Notes: generated by a model from the letters alone, not told the origin. 63,402 nucleotides of DNA, filler included, from Rhabdomonas costata (GCA_019059605.1; 42 parts of 42 records of this genome joined end to end with filler, not necessarily neighbours in it), one strand, 5' to 3'. Shown: positions 1-13,703, counted from the first letter of the whole stretch. A program made the numbers and translations.

Positions 1-2
1 AC

Positions 3-234
3 AACGTCACTGTCAACCCCAGCCTTCCGGTTCGGCCTTGGATTCAGTTAAACGGCACCGTGGATCACCGCCAGTGGATCCGTCTGTGGGTGACAGGTCA
101 GGGCCTGGGGTCGATTACGATGCCGTACCAGCTGCTGTTTTTCCGAAGCCAGGACGGTGTGAGCTATGTGCAGGTCACGTGCTCTGCCAGCACCCCTCCC
201 AGCGACCTGCCCGTCAACTGCACTGACACCCTTG
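3..234 (+). CDS. Exon of a probable secreted/cell-surface protein (partial)
   Basis: Open frame from the contig edge (NVTVNPSLPV...FRSQDGVSYVQVTCS...CTDTL) with several N-x-T sequons; ends at G|GTGATC donor. Confidence 0.45.
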
Positions 235-1000
235 GTGATCAGGATTATCACAGGTTCGCACGTCGCCCGTCTGTGTGTGTGTTTGTGTGTGTACAGGTTC
301 CAGTTGTATTTAGATGCACAATATTGGGTCTTGCTCGCTCCACCACTGCATTCTGCTCTGTGCTTAACATCAATTGCACTGATCACCACCAAACAATGTG
401 CTCTGCCTATCGGAGCAGTTTTTCCGGTGTGAAAGTCTGAACCTGAAAGGGAAAATTGAGAGAAAATGAACTTGCAGCGTATGCTGAGTCAAGTGAGCGT
501 CCAGTGAGTTTAATTCTTGGCTGGGCCCCCTTTTAGCATTTGCAAAAATTGCAAAAAGTAGACCCTTGGTCTCGCAAAAAAAAATTCAAGTGGTTTTAAA
601 TGTCCAGACCCTGGTGCTCCGCATTCTTTGAGGTAAGGGAAGGTATGATGTGATGCCGAGCTTATAAAGTTCCCGTGCTGTATCTCCCATTATTTGCAAG
701 ATATGCAACGCAAATGTAGAGGAGTACAACAGTCGCAAGGCTTAATATTTTAACAACCCAGCAGTCTGATAATGAGGGTGAGGTAAACACAAAGCCCATG
801 GAAATGAGGGCAACTGTACGCACCTCCCAACCACCCCCCTGAGCGATCTGCAAATAAATTTTCCTAAATTAACCGTCCACGGGGAACTTCCTACACCTGC
901 CAAAGAATACTCATGTATCCCCTGAGGATGATCGAGAAGCTGGAGAATACAACTGCAAATACTGCAGAAATAGTAGTGGACAGATGCTGCCTTTTTTCAG

Positions 1001-1413
1001 CTACATGTACGTTGCGGCGCTGGTTCCCACGGGTCAAAGTGGCACCGCCCCAATGGACCTGCAAGTGATTGCGGCGTCTGATGCGTGGGTGAAGCCCACC
1101 CCAACTACCACTCTAACCACCACTCTTACTCCTATTCCTACTGGCACTCCGACCCCCTCTGAGACTGCTACCCTCACGCACACGGCAACTCCGACGGAAA
1201 CCTCGACCATCTCAGCAACCCCCACCCCGAGCCCCTCTCCCACTGCGAGCGAAACTCGTACGGCAAGTCTTTCCCCTACTCCCACGCAAACAGCGACCCT
1301 CTCGCCATCATCCTCTCCAACTTCGACCAACACGCGCTCGCCAACGGCCACACAAACCCGCACCACTACACTTACTGGCACAACTACCCCCACCCGCTCT
1401 TTGACACCAACCC
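1001..1413 (+). CDS. Exon encoding a Thr/Pro/Ser-rich mucin-like (TPT/TxT) region
   Basis: TTTTTTCAG acceptor at 1000, then open frame PTPTTTLTTTLTPIPTGTPTPSETATLT... to the contig end; probably the same gene as 3-234. Confidence 0.7.
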
Positions 1414-1513
1414 NNNNNNNNNNNNNNNNNNNNNNNNNNNNNNNNNNNNNNNNNNNNTTAATTAATTAANNNNNNNNNNNNNNNNNNNNNNNNNNNNNNN
1501 NNNNNNNNNNNNN
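1414..1513. other. Artificial contig-joining linker N44-TTAATTAATTAA-N44 (first of ~41 copies, one every ~1.51 kb)
   Basis: The same 12-mer (stops in all six frames) is flanked by N runs at regular intervals; the contigs between are all ~1410-1413 bp, consistent with a length-sorted concatenation. Confidence 0.99.
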
Positions 1514-4500
1514 GCAGAGGGCACAGAGAGGCGGGAAATGGCGGAGGTAGAGGAGGAAGCGGCCGTCGCCGTCGCCGTGGAGTACGTCGGTTTGACCATG
1601 GAAAACATGGAAGTGCAGGTGCAAGGATACAATGGAATAGGGCGCGGAGGATGAGCGCTTTTTTCGGATTGTCCTTCCTTGTATTGCGGTGGTTGCGGTT
1701 CCAGCCTTTCACTTTCCAGCAAAGGCCTCAAACCGCAAAAGCCGCCTTTTGGGGAGTTTGCTGTTTGGGTGAATGTCTGAGCAACTGAAACGCGCATTAT
1801 GGAACGGTTCTTCTTGTGTGATTGGAGAGGTTCTCCACACTCCGCCTCCTGAGCGCGATCTTGTTCGCGGTAGCTGTAGGATGCCCCCCCCCCCACACAC
1901 ACACACTCCCACACACAAAATTTTGCTTGCTATTGTTTCAAAGGTGCGGGTTGACACCTCCAAGTGCTTGTCTGCAAGGATTCTGACCCGGTCCAAGCTG
2001 AAACAAGACCAGGTGGACTCCCATGGTGCGATGCAGATTCTGTACAGGCTGGTGGTCTGCTTCATGTTCACCACTCTATGCGGAGTGGGTTGTCCACCCC
2101 CACCCTACCCTCTCTCTCTCCACACACACACACACACAGCTATCCATTGCATTCGTGCACGATTGCATGAATGGAAGCCATTTTCCAACTGGCGTCTTGT
2201 CCTTTTCTTCCTCCTTTCCGCTTGATTTCGGGCTGAAAGCAAAGTCATTCCACAGAAAGCCCCCGAACTGAATCATGAGATTCCGTGGAGCCGAATCCAC
2301 TCACGCGTTTTTGTAAGTCGGGGACATGTGGGGCAGGGCCTGTTGTCTAGTGAGCCGGCACCTACGTCTGACAACATGCTATAGGACTCTGCATGCGAGC
2401 ACCTGCTCTCCTCCGTGTGTGTGTGGTTCCTTTCCGTCTTTTCATCGCGCAAACATACACAAACGGAACAAACAGGCATAACTGTCCCTAAATGAAAGCA
2501 TTTGGACTCGGATGATGATTATGTTCTTGCCAACTCTTCGCGGTGAGCACGCAATCATTTACCTGCTTGTGTTCCGGCGTCACAGGCCGAAGCCTTGGTT
2601 CCTTTTCCTGTAGGGTTTCAAGTGCGCCCCATTGAGTTTGGAAAGTTCTGGTCGGCCCTTTGCAACCTTCCTTGCGGCGGCGACGCCCACAGACCATATC
2701 CTTATCGGAAATTCCGACTAGCTTTTGCCTACCAAGTGATTATGCAGATGCAGTGCAGTTGCCAACGAGTCATGAAAAGGGGTGACAGAAGAATGCCCCT
2801 TGTTGAGAGAGAGATTTAGACAGTTCTGTCATCATCTTAAGTATGGAGACTGCTCGAGATCTTCAGGCAACATATGCCCCCCCCCCCATGTTTCACTTTG
2901 GAAGACCTGGTTGAAACCAAAAAAAANNNNNNNNNNNNNNNNNNNNNNNNNNNNNNNNNNNNNNNNNNNNTTAATTAATTAANNNNNNNNNNNNNNNNNN
3001 NNNNNNNNNNNNNNNNNNNNNNNNNNTTGTTGGGAGTGTTTGGGTGGTTGGGGGGGTTTGTTCATGTCAATTGCAGGTGTTGGATTCCTCGTGCTTCAAT
3101 TCTTCATCAGTCTTAAAAGATTGTGCTCGGAGTGAAACGTTACACTGCGCACTTTCGCAGTCCATGATGTTTGCAAGCAGGCTCTGGTAAAGTGGTCAGA
3201 ATAACTTGAAGAAGGCTGGTTTGTTCTGGGTGGTCATGCACCCTACGCACGCTGTGTTTGTGCGTGCCTGGAAGCTCTGTGTGTCATCTGTGTATCTGCG
3301 GGCACGGTTTGTGTATGGTTTGTGTGTGGTTTTTGTGCACCTCAGGCTCATTGTGGACCATTGGTGAATCGCTGGTCAGCATTGTATGAAATCAATATGT
3401 CATCTCCACCTCATGCAAGCAGAAAGCTAGCGAAACGGACCTCACATGACCTTGCGAAAATCAGGGTTGCTCTCGGAAACGTACACGTGAATGGGGAGAT
3501 GTCAGGCACGGTAGGCACTCTATTTTATCCTTTGTTTTGCCTTTGTTCCTCATACGGGTATACCGGTATACGGGTATACGGGCTTTTTTATTCGTGATCA
3601 TTGGTCTCTTTTTTTTTTTGAAATTGGGAGTATGTCATCGAGAATGGCTCTCAGAGAGGTGCATTTGCATCTCGATAATGTGAACTTGTTGGAAGAAGCC
3701 CTTCAAAAGTGCTGTGCCTGTCCTTTCCTTTCGAACTTGCCTCCCCCTCCATCCCCCTTCGCTCTTTCCACTCTCGCCAGGAGTGTCATGCTCCGCCTTT
3801 GTTGGGTGGCCCTGCATCTCGGGCCGCGTGTTTGACTCCCGCCCGAACTGCACGTCAGTGCCCTGCTCCCCAGCCGCAGACTGCTGCCTCCCAGGTCAGA
3901 GCCCTGTCCCCCACTCCCCAACAAGAAGTTCCCACCCTACTCTCGCCTTTCTCCCTTCTTCACCCGCCGTTTAGGTCCTCATTGCAGCCACCACGCACAC
4001 ACAGAATAGTACAGCAAATGCCCATTGTCAGCGCCCAGAGGGACGGGTGTGCGCGTCCTTGGAACTCCAGCCTTCCCAGGAACATCAAATGGCTCGCTTC
4101 CACACACCCTGCAATAGCAGCGCAAACATAGCAGTGCACGTACTCACTCGCACAGCCTTTGAGGTCGTCTTCGAAATCCAATGGGAAGGACAGCAAAGAA
4201 GCCTGGGTTGATGCTGTGCTCCATTGTTGTGATTCTGGCCACAATTACATATCCAACACCACATTCAGTCATTTAGTCGGATACGTCCACCCACCGACCC
4301 ATCATTATTACTGCGCGTGTGCGCATCCTTCTGCCAATGCGTTTTGCTGCTCACATCGGGCATGGCATCTCCCGGGCTGTCTTGGCAGACCCGCTCTCCC
4401 TGGCGCTGTTTGCGGACATCACTGTCTCCACCACAACCNNNNNNNNNNNNNNNNNNNNNNNNNNNNNNNNNNNNNNNNNNNNTTAATTAATTAANNNNNN

Positions 4501-5324
4501 NNNNNNNNNNNNNNNNNNNNNNNNNNNNNNNNNNNNNNGGGGGGTGGGGAAGAGAGAAGCAGAAAAATGACGTTCCCTTTTCTGCTTCTCTCTTCCCCAT
4601 CCCCTCCCTCTGGTTTTTGTGCAGGGGCTTTGTTTTGTTGGTGGTGATGTGTGCTTACGCCTCCCGTGCCCTTTGGCAGGTATGTGGGCAGACATTTGGG
4701 AAATACAGGCTGTTCTGCAAGGCCGGATGCTGACATTACTTTTGTTGTTAGGGAGGGTATTCCAGCAGCATCCTCCTATCCTCCTCTGCTGGGTATGCAC
4801 CAATCTTCAGAAGTCACCTCCGAATGGGGGGGCTGGGTGACTTTCGACGTGTACCTCTTGGGACCGAAGCTGTAGCGGAGCCCGACCGGGTATCATAACG
4901 TGAGCTGGACTACCCGGTTGGGGCTTGTACCTGGTAGTATGGTATTTTATTTTTTGAGCTTTAAGCTTTTTCCAGCTTTTAGCCTTTGACTTGCAGCCTT
5001 ATGCGCAGTTTTGACATATTCAAGGCATCTTTGGCCTTTAGAGGGGAGGGTTGAACTCATCTGTGAAATTATCTGTGAGCGGCTCCAAACCAGTCTGTAG
5101 AGGGTCCCTATGGCTGTGGTAAACTCTTTTAACCGCGTGAACAGAGTATCTCCCGGCACAAGGGAGCTCGTCATTCAAAGTTTGATTTTGGTGCTGTGTG
5201 CTAGACCTTTTTTCCTCTTTTTTTTTGTGTCTACTATGACGTTTTGGTGACCAGCATTGCCTAAAATTCGTGAGCCATGCAACCTGTCATCTTTCCAAGT
5301 GTTCAGAGCTCGCATTCCCTCGTC

Positions 5325-5816
5325 ATGAACCAGTTGCCCTGCCAAAGCAGCAGCCTCGCCCAAGAGCGACCCCCAAGGCTCCTCTCTATCCGGCTATGCA
5401 TCATTCTTTGCTTCGCGATGGTTGTGGTGGTGACCGCGGCGTCGGTGGCTGCGGTACTGATCACTTCTACTTACAAAGTTGTGGGTGAACTTCAGGCTGC
5501 TTCAGCCCAGACCATCTCGCAGGTGCAGTACGGGTCTGAGTTGCTTGTGGCAAGGGTATCTGCGTCTGCGCTGCAAATGGTAGAGAACTTGACCAACAGC
5601 TCCTTGGCCGAGGAGACTGAGCTGTCCGAGTTTACAGCGCTTCAGATCAGTGAGATCGCCTCGTCGCTGATGAATCGAGACCTTGACCTTATAGAGGAGC
5701 AGTTGGAGGCTCAGCTGGGCACTGTGGTGACTGCCTCCCGGATGACGCTGAAGCATATCTCGGATTTCGGTGCGAACATCTCTGTGTTTCCCGAGATGCT
5801 GGAAATCGGGAGAGAG
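5325..5816 (+). CDS. First exon of a membrane receptor-like protein (N-terminal TM plus helical extracellular region)
   Basis: ATG at 5325; hydrophobic segment LCIILCFAMVVVVTAASVAAVLI; GC3-rich codons; GAG|GTGTCT donor. Layout resembles receptor-type cyclases/sensors (inference). Confidence 0.55.
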
Positions 5817-6519
5817 GTGTCTGCTTTCGTGCTTTCGTTCTCTTTGTGTCACTCGATCTTTTCTACCCGTGTTTTTTTGTGCTAAAAATTCACGGGTAGA
5901 AAAGATCGAGTGACACAAAGAGAACGAAAGCACGAAAGCAGACACCCCACCNNNNNNNNNNNNNNNNNNNNNNNNNNNNNNNNNNNNNNNNNNNNTTAAT
6001 TAATTAANNNNNNNNNNNNNNNNNNNNNNNNNNNNNNNNNNNNNNNNNNNNGGTTGGGGGTAATGCAATTTTAATTATCTTTTGGTGCTTAACGGCTGGC
6101 GAAGCCATTTCCGAGCACAGGCGGTAGACTGCAAAACTGTGTGACCTTGAAACTTTCCTCGGAATTCCCAACACTGCTTTTCAGGTGACATTTCCGAGAG
6201 CCAATGAGCACACAAAAAGCCCCTGAATTTGCAACCACGGCTTTGTGTGCTCGAAGATCGATACAGCCACCAGCCACCGTCCTATGCCTTTTTATCCTGG
6301 TTTCCAGTAGTTTCCGCCCTGAAAGTTCAGATTTCAGCTACATCCCTCTCTACATCCCTCTCAACCGGTCAAGTGCCAACATCTCATGGTTTGTTTGCCC
6401 ATATTTAGTATTCGGCCAAGAGATTTCTCAAATATTGATCGGGTAGTCTCAGTTTGGGGCCCAAACCACGCAACCCCAAAAACCCGGAGGGGAGAAGCAA
6501 GCAAGGAAAAACGCCAGAC

Positions 6520-6807
6520 CTCCAGAGAGATAGCTTGCACAGAGGCCAGGTACCCAGACTCCGCCCCAAATGAGGTGGCTTTTTGGAACCCCAGATACCG
6601 GGCCCACCCCTCTCCCGCTTCCAAGGCCCGAGAGACCGCTCGGACAACGCTGTGGTTGGCCTGCGTGGCGAGAACCTGCTTCCACTCCCCAGAGAGAGTA
6701 ATGGGGGGCTCGAAGCTGGACTGCACCCCCGTGGAGCTGGCGACGAGGTACCCCGAGGTGGCCTCGACCAGGAAGATTACCGTACCGGGAAACAGCAGCC
6801 CCGTGAG
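6520..6807 (-). CDS. Exon of a Cache-like extracellular sensor domain protein
   Basis: TTGCAG acceptor and GAG|GTCTGG donor, 96 codons; TVIFLVEATSGYLVASST...QVLATQANHSVVRAVSRAL resembles the VFIVERSGxLVAxS pattern of dCache sensors. Confidence 0.5.
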
Positions 6808-7981
6808 CTGCAACCGCAGCCGGAGGACACGCGGTGAGTGTGGGAAAGAAAAGGATGGCATGCTATCCGTTCGGAATGCTGGAATGCATGCAGTGGGGGT
6901 GGGAAAATTTAAGGAGCATGGGGTGCAATCCGTAAATACGGCGTCCCAGGCCGATCTCAATCAGCTCGGCCTAAGGAGCTCTGAAAACTCCCGACTTCGA
7001 CCAGTTTCGGACGGTGAATCTCAGCAACGATTATACGGCACGATGTGTTGAGGCTTGACCTCGCGGCAGACTGATATGCGGGCATGAGCATCCATCGAGA
7101 ACGAGGCACTGCTGTTGTGCAAGTAACCCTGCCTCCGTCATTCAACTGCTGCCCTTTCTTGTTGAGCTGGCCATGCTGTTTTTTTTGATAAACCGATAAA
7201 GATTTCTGGGCAAGGTAAGTTACCTCCCGAAACTCAGAATTTAGTATGTTACGAGTTTCCAAATGAAGTCCTGGGAACGCTATAAAATGTCACTAGGTCG
7301 GTGTGTATGGATACGATATGTTTTAAACGTTTCACGACAGTGAGGCTAAAAAGCACGTATTCTGAGTTTACGGTGTAACGTGCTATAGATTTGAATTTTG
7401 TGTGTGTCAGTCAGAAGCCCTTTATACACTAATTCTAACCCCACCCACCAAACACACCCACCACNNNNNNNNNNNNNNNNNNNNNNNNNNNNNNNNNNNN
7501 NNNNNNNNTTAATTAATTAANNNNNNNNNNNNNNNNNNNNNNNNNNNNNNNNNNNNNNNNNNNNTTTTTTGTGAGGTAAGGTGACAAAGCATGTTGGAAA
7601 GCATTTGAAATTGTGCATGCACTGAAAAAATGTTCTATGGTACGGCATCGTGAGTGGTGAGTTAAAAAGGTTGGGCTCAGTCTGCAGACTGCAAAAAAAC
7701 GGTTGCAATAATGCACCCCTCGATACTTGAATTTTTGAAAGCCGAAAAGGCTCTTAAATTTGACGAGAAAGTGTGATGTCAGCACGTCCAACTATATATG
7801 TGAGGGGCACTTTCGCAGTTGGTCAAGGGCGAAGCCGAAGGGGTGCGACGGGGTTTGCGTCTGGGGTCGGGTATCGTGACCGTTTCAGTTTGTTTTGTAG
7901 TTGGAGACGGCGAATTAGCGCGGGCTCATGCGTTGTGGGCGATGTAAATTTCCGTTTGTTCGTGTGATCTGCATCAAAAAG

Positions 7982-8225
7982 GTGCACGATCAAGTTCAAT
8001 CTCCTCTGTCTGAAAAGCTGCGCCAGGAACTTTGGAGGACTGTTCTCCGGCATTTTCTTGCTGAGGAACGCCGAATCGCTCAACTCCGGAGCAAGTACTG
8101 GACTCTTCACACCAAGTGGGAGGCTTCTCTGGTGGCGAAGCCTGTCTCACCCCGCTTGACTGCGTCGCTTCCTGCTCACTCTGCACACGAGCCCCGCTGT
8201 GTTCTCGAGGGCTCCGTCACTGCTG
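7982..8225 (+). CDS. Probable exon, coiled-coil protein of unknown function
   Basis: Open frame KLRQELWRTVLRHFLAEERRIAQLRSKYWTLHTKWE; a second likely exon lies at ~8660-8806 (RRKRRSRFGG). Boundaries approximate. Confidence 0.35.
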
Positions 8226-9967
8226 GTGACGACTCCGCGCAAGTTTGCAACACCCCATAACTTCAAATGATAAATAATTCCAGCATCCGGGTTGAGAAAC
8301 CGAAACCGAAGCTGAATCATTATCCATTATTTTTATCCAATATCTGAAGCTTTATCCAGGTGTGTTTTATATGTTCGATGATTTTCTCTCTTTGCCCTTG
8401 CCGCTCATCAATACAGTCGTTATCCTTTCCCCCTGCACATTGTGGCGTTTGTGTGCTTTTGTGGTATATGGAGGTATCTGTAGTGAATGGTGGGTTGAAG
8501 AACAAACACATCAGACCCCTTTCGTTTTTCAGTATGTAAATGAATGCAGTCTCCGCTTCGACCGCTTTGAGTAGAGCCCTGCCGTTGTCGAACTGCATGG
8601 ATATGTGTTGCCTCACAAAATTCCAACGCCCCCCTGCCCCCCCCTTTTTTTTTGTGAAGGTTCCTTTGGGTGAAGGAGTGAGTTCAGCCTCGACCGCCGC
8701 TTCAGGCTCAAGTTCAGAGCTCCTTTCCAGCGCTCCTCCACTTGCGCGGCGCAAACGCCGGTCCAGATTCGGAGGAAAGTGGGACCGCAATAGCTCGGCG
8801 CTGAAGGTTTGTGAAACGAGCACCTCCTTTTTTGCTTGCATCTGGCTGAAACGGGCCTGCGATGTCACGTAGAAAGAGCAAATAAATGGCATGTGTTTTT
8901 GTTTTAAATTTGCTATAAATGGAGTTTGTTCCTTTCTTGACTCCTTGAGAGCAGATTTAACGAGCTCCCCCAAAAACNNNNNNNNNNNNNNNNNNNNNNN
9001 NNNNNNNNNNNNNNNNNNNNNTTAATTAATTAANNNNNNNNNNNNNNNNNNNNNNNNNNNNNNNNNNNNNNNNNNNNGGGGTGGGGGGGTGAGTTACGTT
9101 CGTTTCATTGAGAATTTACCAATTCCTACAAATTCACAACGTTAGTTGTGTTCACCTTTTTCATTGAGAAATGCGCCTGCAGAAAATTTTGCACAAACGG
9201 TCGCTGGATTTCGCTGGCCCCGAAAAAGCAATGCACAAAACTCGCCCCAGGAGCTCGTCACACAGGACCGCTGTGCATGGAGCTTCCGCCTGCGTCGCCC
9301 TGGGGTGCGGCTGACTGGTGAGACGCCCCTGAAGCGCCGGGATCTCCCACACAGCAGCGGTGCAGGGAGGACACCAGGCCGGCTAGCAGGGCCACAGGGA
9401 GCTCCGCGTCCCCCTCGCGGGGGACCCACCCCCGGTAAAGCTCCACAAACCGAGCCACCAGAGCCCCAGCGGTGGTCCGGCTGGGGCTTGCAGAGTAGGC
9501 CTCCAGAGAAGACCTTTTTTTAGCAGAAAATAATCACAGAGATGTTTAGATGGTTAGACTTGGTGCGCCAAGAATGTATTGAAATATGACAGGTTGGGGT
9601 TGAACTAGGATGGGTTCCAGCGGGGCGGGTTCCTGATTCGCGTCCATGAACTCTGTACAACATTTTTCGAAGTAGCAATGCTGCGACCACAACCAGAAAA
9701 GTCAGGAGGCTGACGCTGAAACATGCCAGGGGTCTTTTGTAAACAGAAAGCCTCCTGGAACGCTGCACAGAGCCGGTTCTTTGATGCTGCGACAAAACCT
9801 GTGAGATAACAATGTCCCTATTACCAATACGACTCCTCACGCTGTGGGTGAGCGAGGCTGAGTTCTGCAGCAAGACAATTTGCGCGCCCAAGAATGGCGA
9901 CAGACAACTTATATAAAGATGTGTAGAGGACGGGTGTTACGACCAGGAAAGGAAGAAGGGCCTCACC

Positions 9968-10142
9968 TTAGGGCTGACCCAAGTGCATGGCGGCGGAGAT
10001 AGTCCTCATCTCGGCGGGCCTCATCCTCGAGCTGGGGGCGCACTGCCTTGCTCCCAGGAACGCCCATACCCCTGGCTATGCCGGAGAAGACCTGGTTGGT
10101 GTGCTGCAAGAAGGACTTCCCCACTTGCGAGAAAACGTGCAT
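9968..10142 (-). CDS. Probable first coding exon, unknown protein
   Basis: MHVFSQVGKSFLQHTNQVFSGIARGMG...DEDYLRRHALGSALR ending at a strong AG|GTGAGG donor; in-frame stop just upstream of the ATG. Confidence 0.4.
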
Positions 10143-10699
10143 ACTCTGCTTCCCTCACAGTCTATGTGCGAGTGTCTCTCGGCCCCTTCCGCGCCCAGAG
10201 GGAATAGGGAATAGAGTAGAGCGGCTTCGATCCCCTTCTCTATTCCCTCTTTAAAGACTTTAAGGGCAGAGAATGGAACAAAAGAAGCACCGCAGTTGTT
10301 GGGAAATGATAGGTAAGGGTCGGAGGGTTCCCAATTTCCCCTTCCCCGCAGGTATGTCGAAAATGGGCTCGAAACGGGAGAAAAGGCTGAAAAAAAGGAT
10401 TCGACCGAGCAAAAGGAAAGCCTGAGCAAAGAGCAAGCGGAGCACATTGGGGAGGCGGGGAAGGGGAAATTGGGAACCCTCCAACCCCACNNNNNNNNNN
10501 NNNNNNNNNNNNNNNNNNNNNNNNNNNNNNNNNNTTAATTAATTAANNNNNNNNNNNNNNNNNNNNNNNNNNNNNNNNNNNNNNNNNNNNGGGTTTGTGT
10601 ATGTTCTTACTTCGTACTTTCTTGATCTGTGTCTGCCCAGCTTGCGACCTCCGGCATGCATCCCCCTTTTTCCGGCGCGCGGAGAAACGCGCGGCATAC

Positions 10700-11320
10700 C
10701 AAGGGAGGTGTAGTTGATGCGATGCTCACAGCCGACGTTCCCCACGAACACAGCATCTGTGTTGATGCCAATTCGCATTCTGCAAAGAGACGAAGCAAGG
10801 AGCGAAGAGGCCTACCCCGGTTTTGGGAAACTGGAAGCAAAGCCTCCAACCCAATAGCACCTCAATGCGAGTCCTGCGTTTTCAAATGTTTAACAGCACT
10901 CCAGATTTCAATGAGACATAAACTTGGGGGGCTATCCACAAAAACTGGGAGGGCATACCGAACTATTTCCACCAACAACCAGGGCAAGGAAAACTAGACA
11001 TGTTTCTTATTAGAAAGCTCATTGGATCAACCATGTCATGCGCTCGAATTTTATGTCTAACAGTAATCCTCACACACTGCAATTCAGCAATTCGGAGATT
11101 CACCAGTACTGTTGGCAAATGTTGTGCAAATCGCTGAAGATGACGCAAACGCACAAGAGACCGACCCGCACCGGATCTGAGGAAGGCCCGCCTCACCCCA
11201 CTCCGCCCAGAGAGCCACCAGCCTCCGCTGCATCTCCATCGCCGCCCCCACCGAGGCTGCCTGGTAGCCCTTCACGGAGCGCGGGGCGTTCCACAGCGCC
11301 ATGATGCAATCCCCAATGAA
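10700..11320 (-). CDS. Class III adenylate/guanylate cyclase catalytic domain, two exons (11320-11172 and 10779-10700)
   Basis: Spliced peptide FIGDCIMALWNAPRSVKGYQAASVGAAMEMQRRL...GLPQIR|MRIGINTDAVFVGNVGCEHRINYTSLG matches the KFIGDxIMA and RIGIxTGxxxVGNxG...YTxxGD motifs; GT-AG intron with matching phase (CG|A). Confidence 0.92.
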
Positions 11321-13613
11321 CTGCAAGCGAGGATGCGACGAAGAACGGAGCTGACATCCCGCGGTATTCAGAAGTATGAGCTCAACGTGGGCTCAACGAA
11401 TAGGGACGATTTTGACACACATGGTCCTTGCACGGAGAAAAAAGAATGCTTTTCAGCAGCAGTTGACGTAGCATACCTTGTCCAAGGTTCCGTTGGTGTG
11501 GACAATTGCTTCGCACATGGACTGGAGATACCTGAGGCAACGCATAAAAACGAGCAATGGGGAAAGCGGAAGTTCATACAAGTTCCCGATGCATTTGGAA
11601 ATGCATAACGGAGAACGAACACCGCGCAACGACATGTGAGATGAAAGACGAAAGAAAGCGAACCAAAAAGTTGACGGCAAGAATAAGATCGCTTGAACAC
11701 CTAAAATCCATCGGGAAACAAAATCGTCCCGTGCATCAACAGTTTGTGAGGAAATTTGGCAACTATAGCTGAAAAACGCATAGACTCTGCAAGGATGGAA
11801 AGATGGATAGTACTGCAGCTGTAAGATAAGAAAACAGGTAAGATCCAGTTACTTTTCTAAGCATCCGATTCAGACGTGAAGCGGCCAAAGCATCCAGTCT
11901 CATAGCTGACGGAATTTCGGTGTGCGGAAAACAAAAAACGATAACGCTTTCCCAACAGTACACACTGCGTCATCAGCTGCACAAGCTGCTCCGAAAGGAT
12001 NNNNNNNNNNNNNNNNNNNNNNNNNNNNNNNNNNNNNNNNNNNNTTAATTAATTAANNNNNNNNNNNNNNNNNNNNNNNNNNNNNNNNNNNNNNNNNNNN
12101 TGTGTTGGTGTTTTTCATGTTCAGGAAGTTACGGTTTGGTTTTATTCTGATTTCGTGATGTAGCTTCCTTCTGATATATACGCTGTCTTTTAGGGTCATT
12201 GACCTTCGGCATTTTTTCAGAGCTGGAGTTTTTCCTGCACCAACTTTTCTGCTTTCCTGTTGAGCTTGCAGATGGTCGGACGCGCGTGACAAAAAAGGGC
12301 GGGACGTTTCAACCTTTTTTCATCTCTGTCATTCTCAGGCATCAGCTTCCGTTAGTGCAAAACTGTCTTGGTAAAACTTACAAACGAACTGTTCTTCACC
12401 AACTCTCAAGAGTAACCATCCATAAATTCCCACCCTGCCCTAACCAAAAACAATCCAAATGTAAACCGATTACAGTTGTTTCCGCATCTTGAACCGAAGG
12501 TGCCGGTTGGTAAGGCTGAGCAATTTGCAATTCTCAAAACGCCACTGGGATGAGGGGCGTCTGTGCCTATATCGTTTATCACAGTCTATGGGGAACATGG
12601 AACCTACAGCAGCGTACAGCAGCGGTACACTCGCCAAAACAGGGGTGCAACTTGACTGCTGTTAACCAGGGCACAGGGGCTTTGAAACTCGAAAAGTCGG
12701 CGCCAAGATGCAAGCACATATCTTTGCTGCGTTTGACGTTTCTTGTTTCCTGTTTCGGAGGTGGTCCTTTTGCTGCTGGCTCGTAAAGGTTGAGGCTTTT
12801 CCTGAAATAGATTGTCCGGTTGACAAAGCGGGGAAGTTTTGCACACGAGATGTCACATGTGGCCAACCCAAGAAATTTCTAATGGCTAACATTTTTTAAA
12901 ATGGCGAACTCATCATTGAGGTTGCTTTTTTTGCTTTTCATCTTTTGTTGTCGCCGGTGCTGAGCTAAAGGTCGAGAGTACCCTTGCCGAGCACGCCCAA
13001 TAAATTACAGCAAGAAGAGCAAGGGGGTGCAGAGGGTGGGAAAGTAGCCCGCGGTGCGCGAGCTTCAACCAGTCTGCTTTTTGAAGGAAAAGGAAACCGT
13101 CGAACGGTCTCTCTCCGTTCCGCTGAAACTGACTGCTACAAACGGCAAAAAAAAACAGGGCGGACATGTCCAACAAGCGATCGTAATTAAAACGCAAGCG
13201 CCAAACCCAACACAACGTCTCACGGCTGAGCATGGTTAAGAGCATGAAACCAACCACATTCGCCTTAGCATCTTCGTTCCCACAGGCGGGGCCTGGGATC
13301 CTCGTTGGCGGTTTTAATTGACTAACATGGGCTTATCGCTTGGGTCAGCTCCAGAGAGGCGGATGCTTCTGATTGATGGGTTCCCAAGAAAGGCACTGAA
13401 ACAGTGGTAGGTCCAACAAAGGGTTTGCAATTTTTTTGTGACCGCCCATGCTGTTTTTTTTTATTAAAAAATCAGCATGGGCGGTCACCAAAAAAACCAC
13501 ACACACCCACCACNNNNNNNNNNNNNNNNNNNNNNNNNNNNNNNNNNNNNNNNNNNNTTAATTAATTAANNNNNNNNNNNNNNNNNNNNNNNNNNNNNNN
13601 NNNNNNNNNNNNN

Positions 13614-13703
13614 CAGTAACGCACGATAGCGCCAGTGGTTCGATGGCTATAAACTACCACTGGTTGACACACACATGCGGAGTACCACGATGGGTATATG
13701 CCA
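13614..13703 (+). repeat. Dispersed non-coding repeat A, copy 1
   Basis: About 90% identical (9 mismatches in 90 nt, by hand) to 22138-22227 on another contig; contains a CCAGTGGT...ACCACTGG stem. Confidence 0.9.

Noticed and set aside
5816-5946. Long near-perfect inverted repeats (also ~10323-10481, 13434-13495, 25545-25602, 25712-25881, 36076-36194, 37267-37700 and 51421-51487)
   Set aside because: One arm always abuts a contig end or primer remnant, which is the signature of amplification fold-back chimeras rather than TIRs or RNA hairpins.
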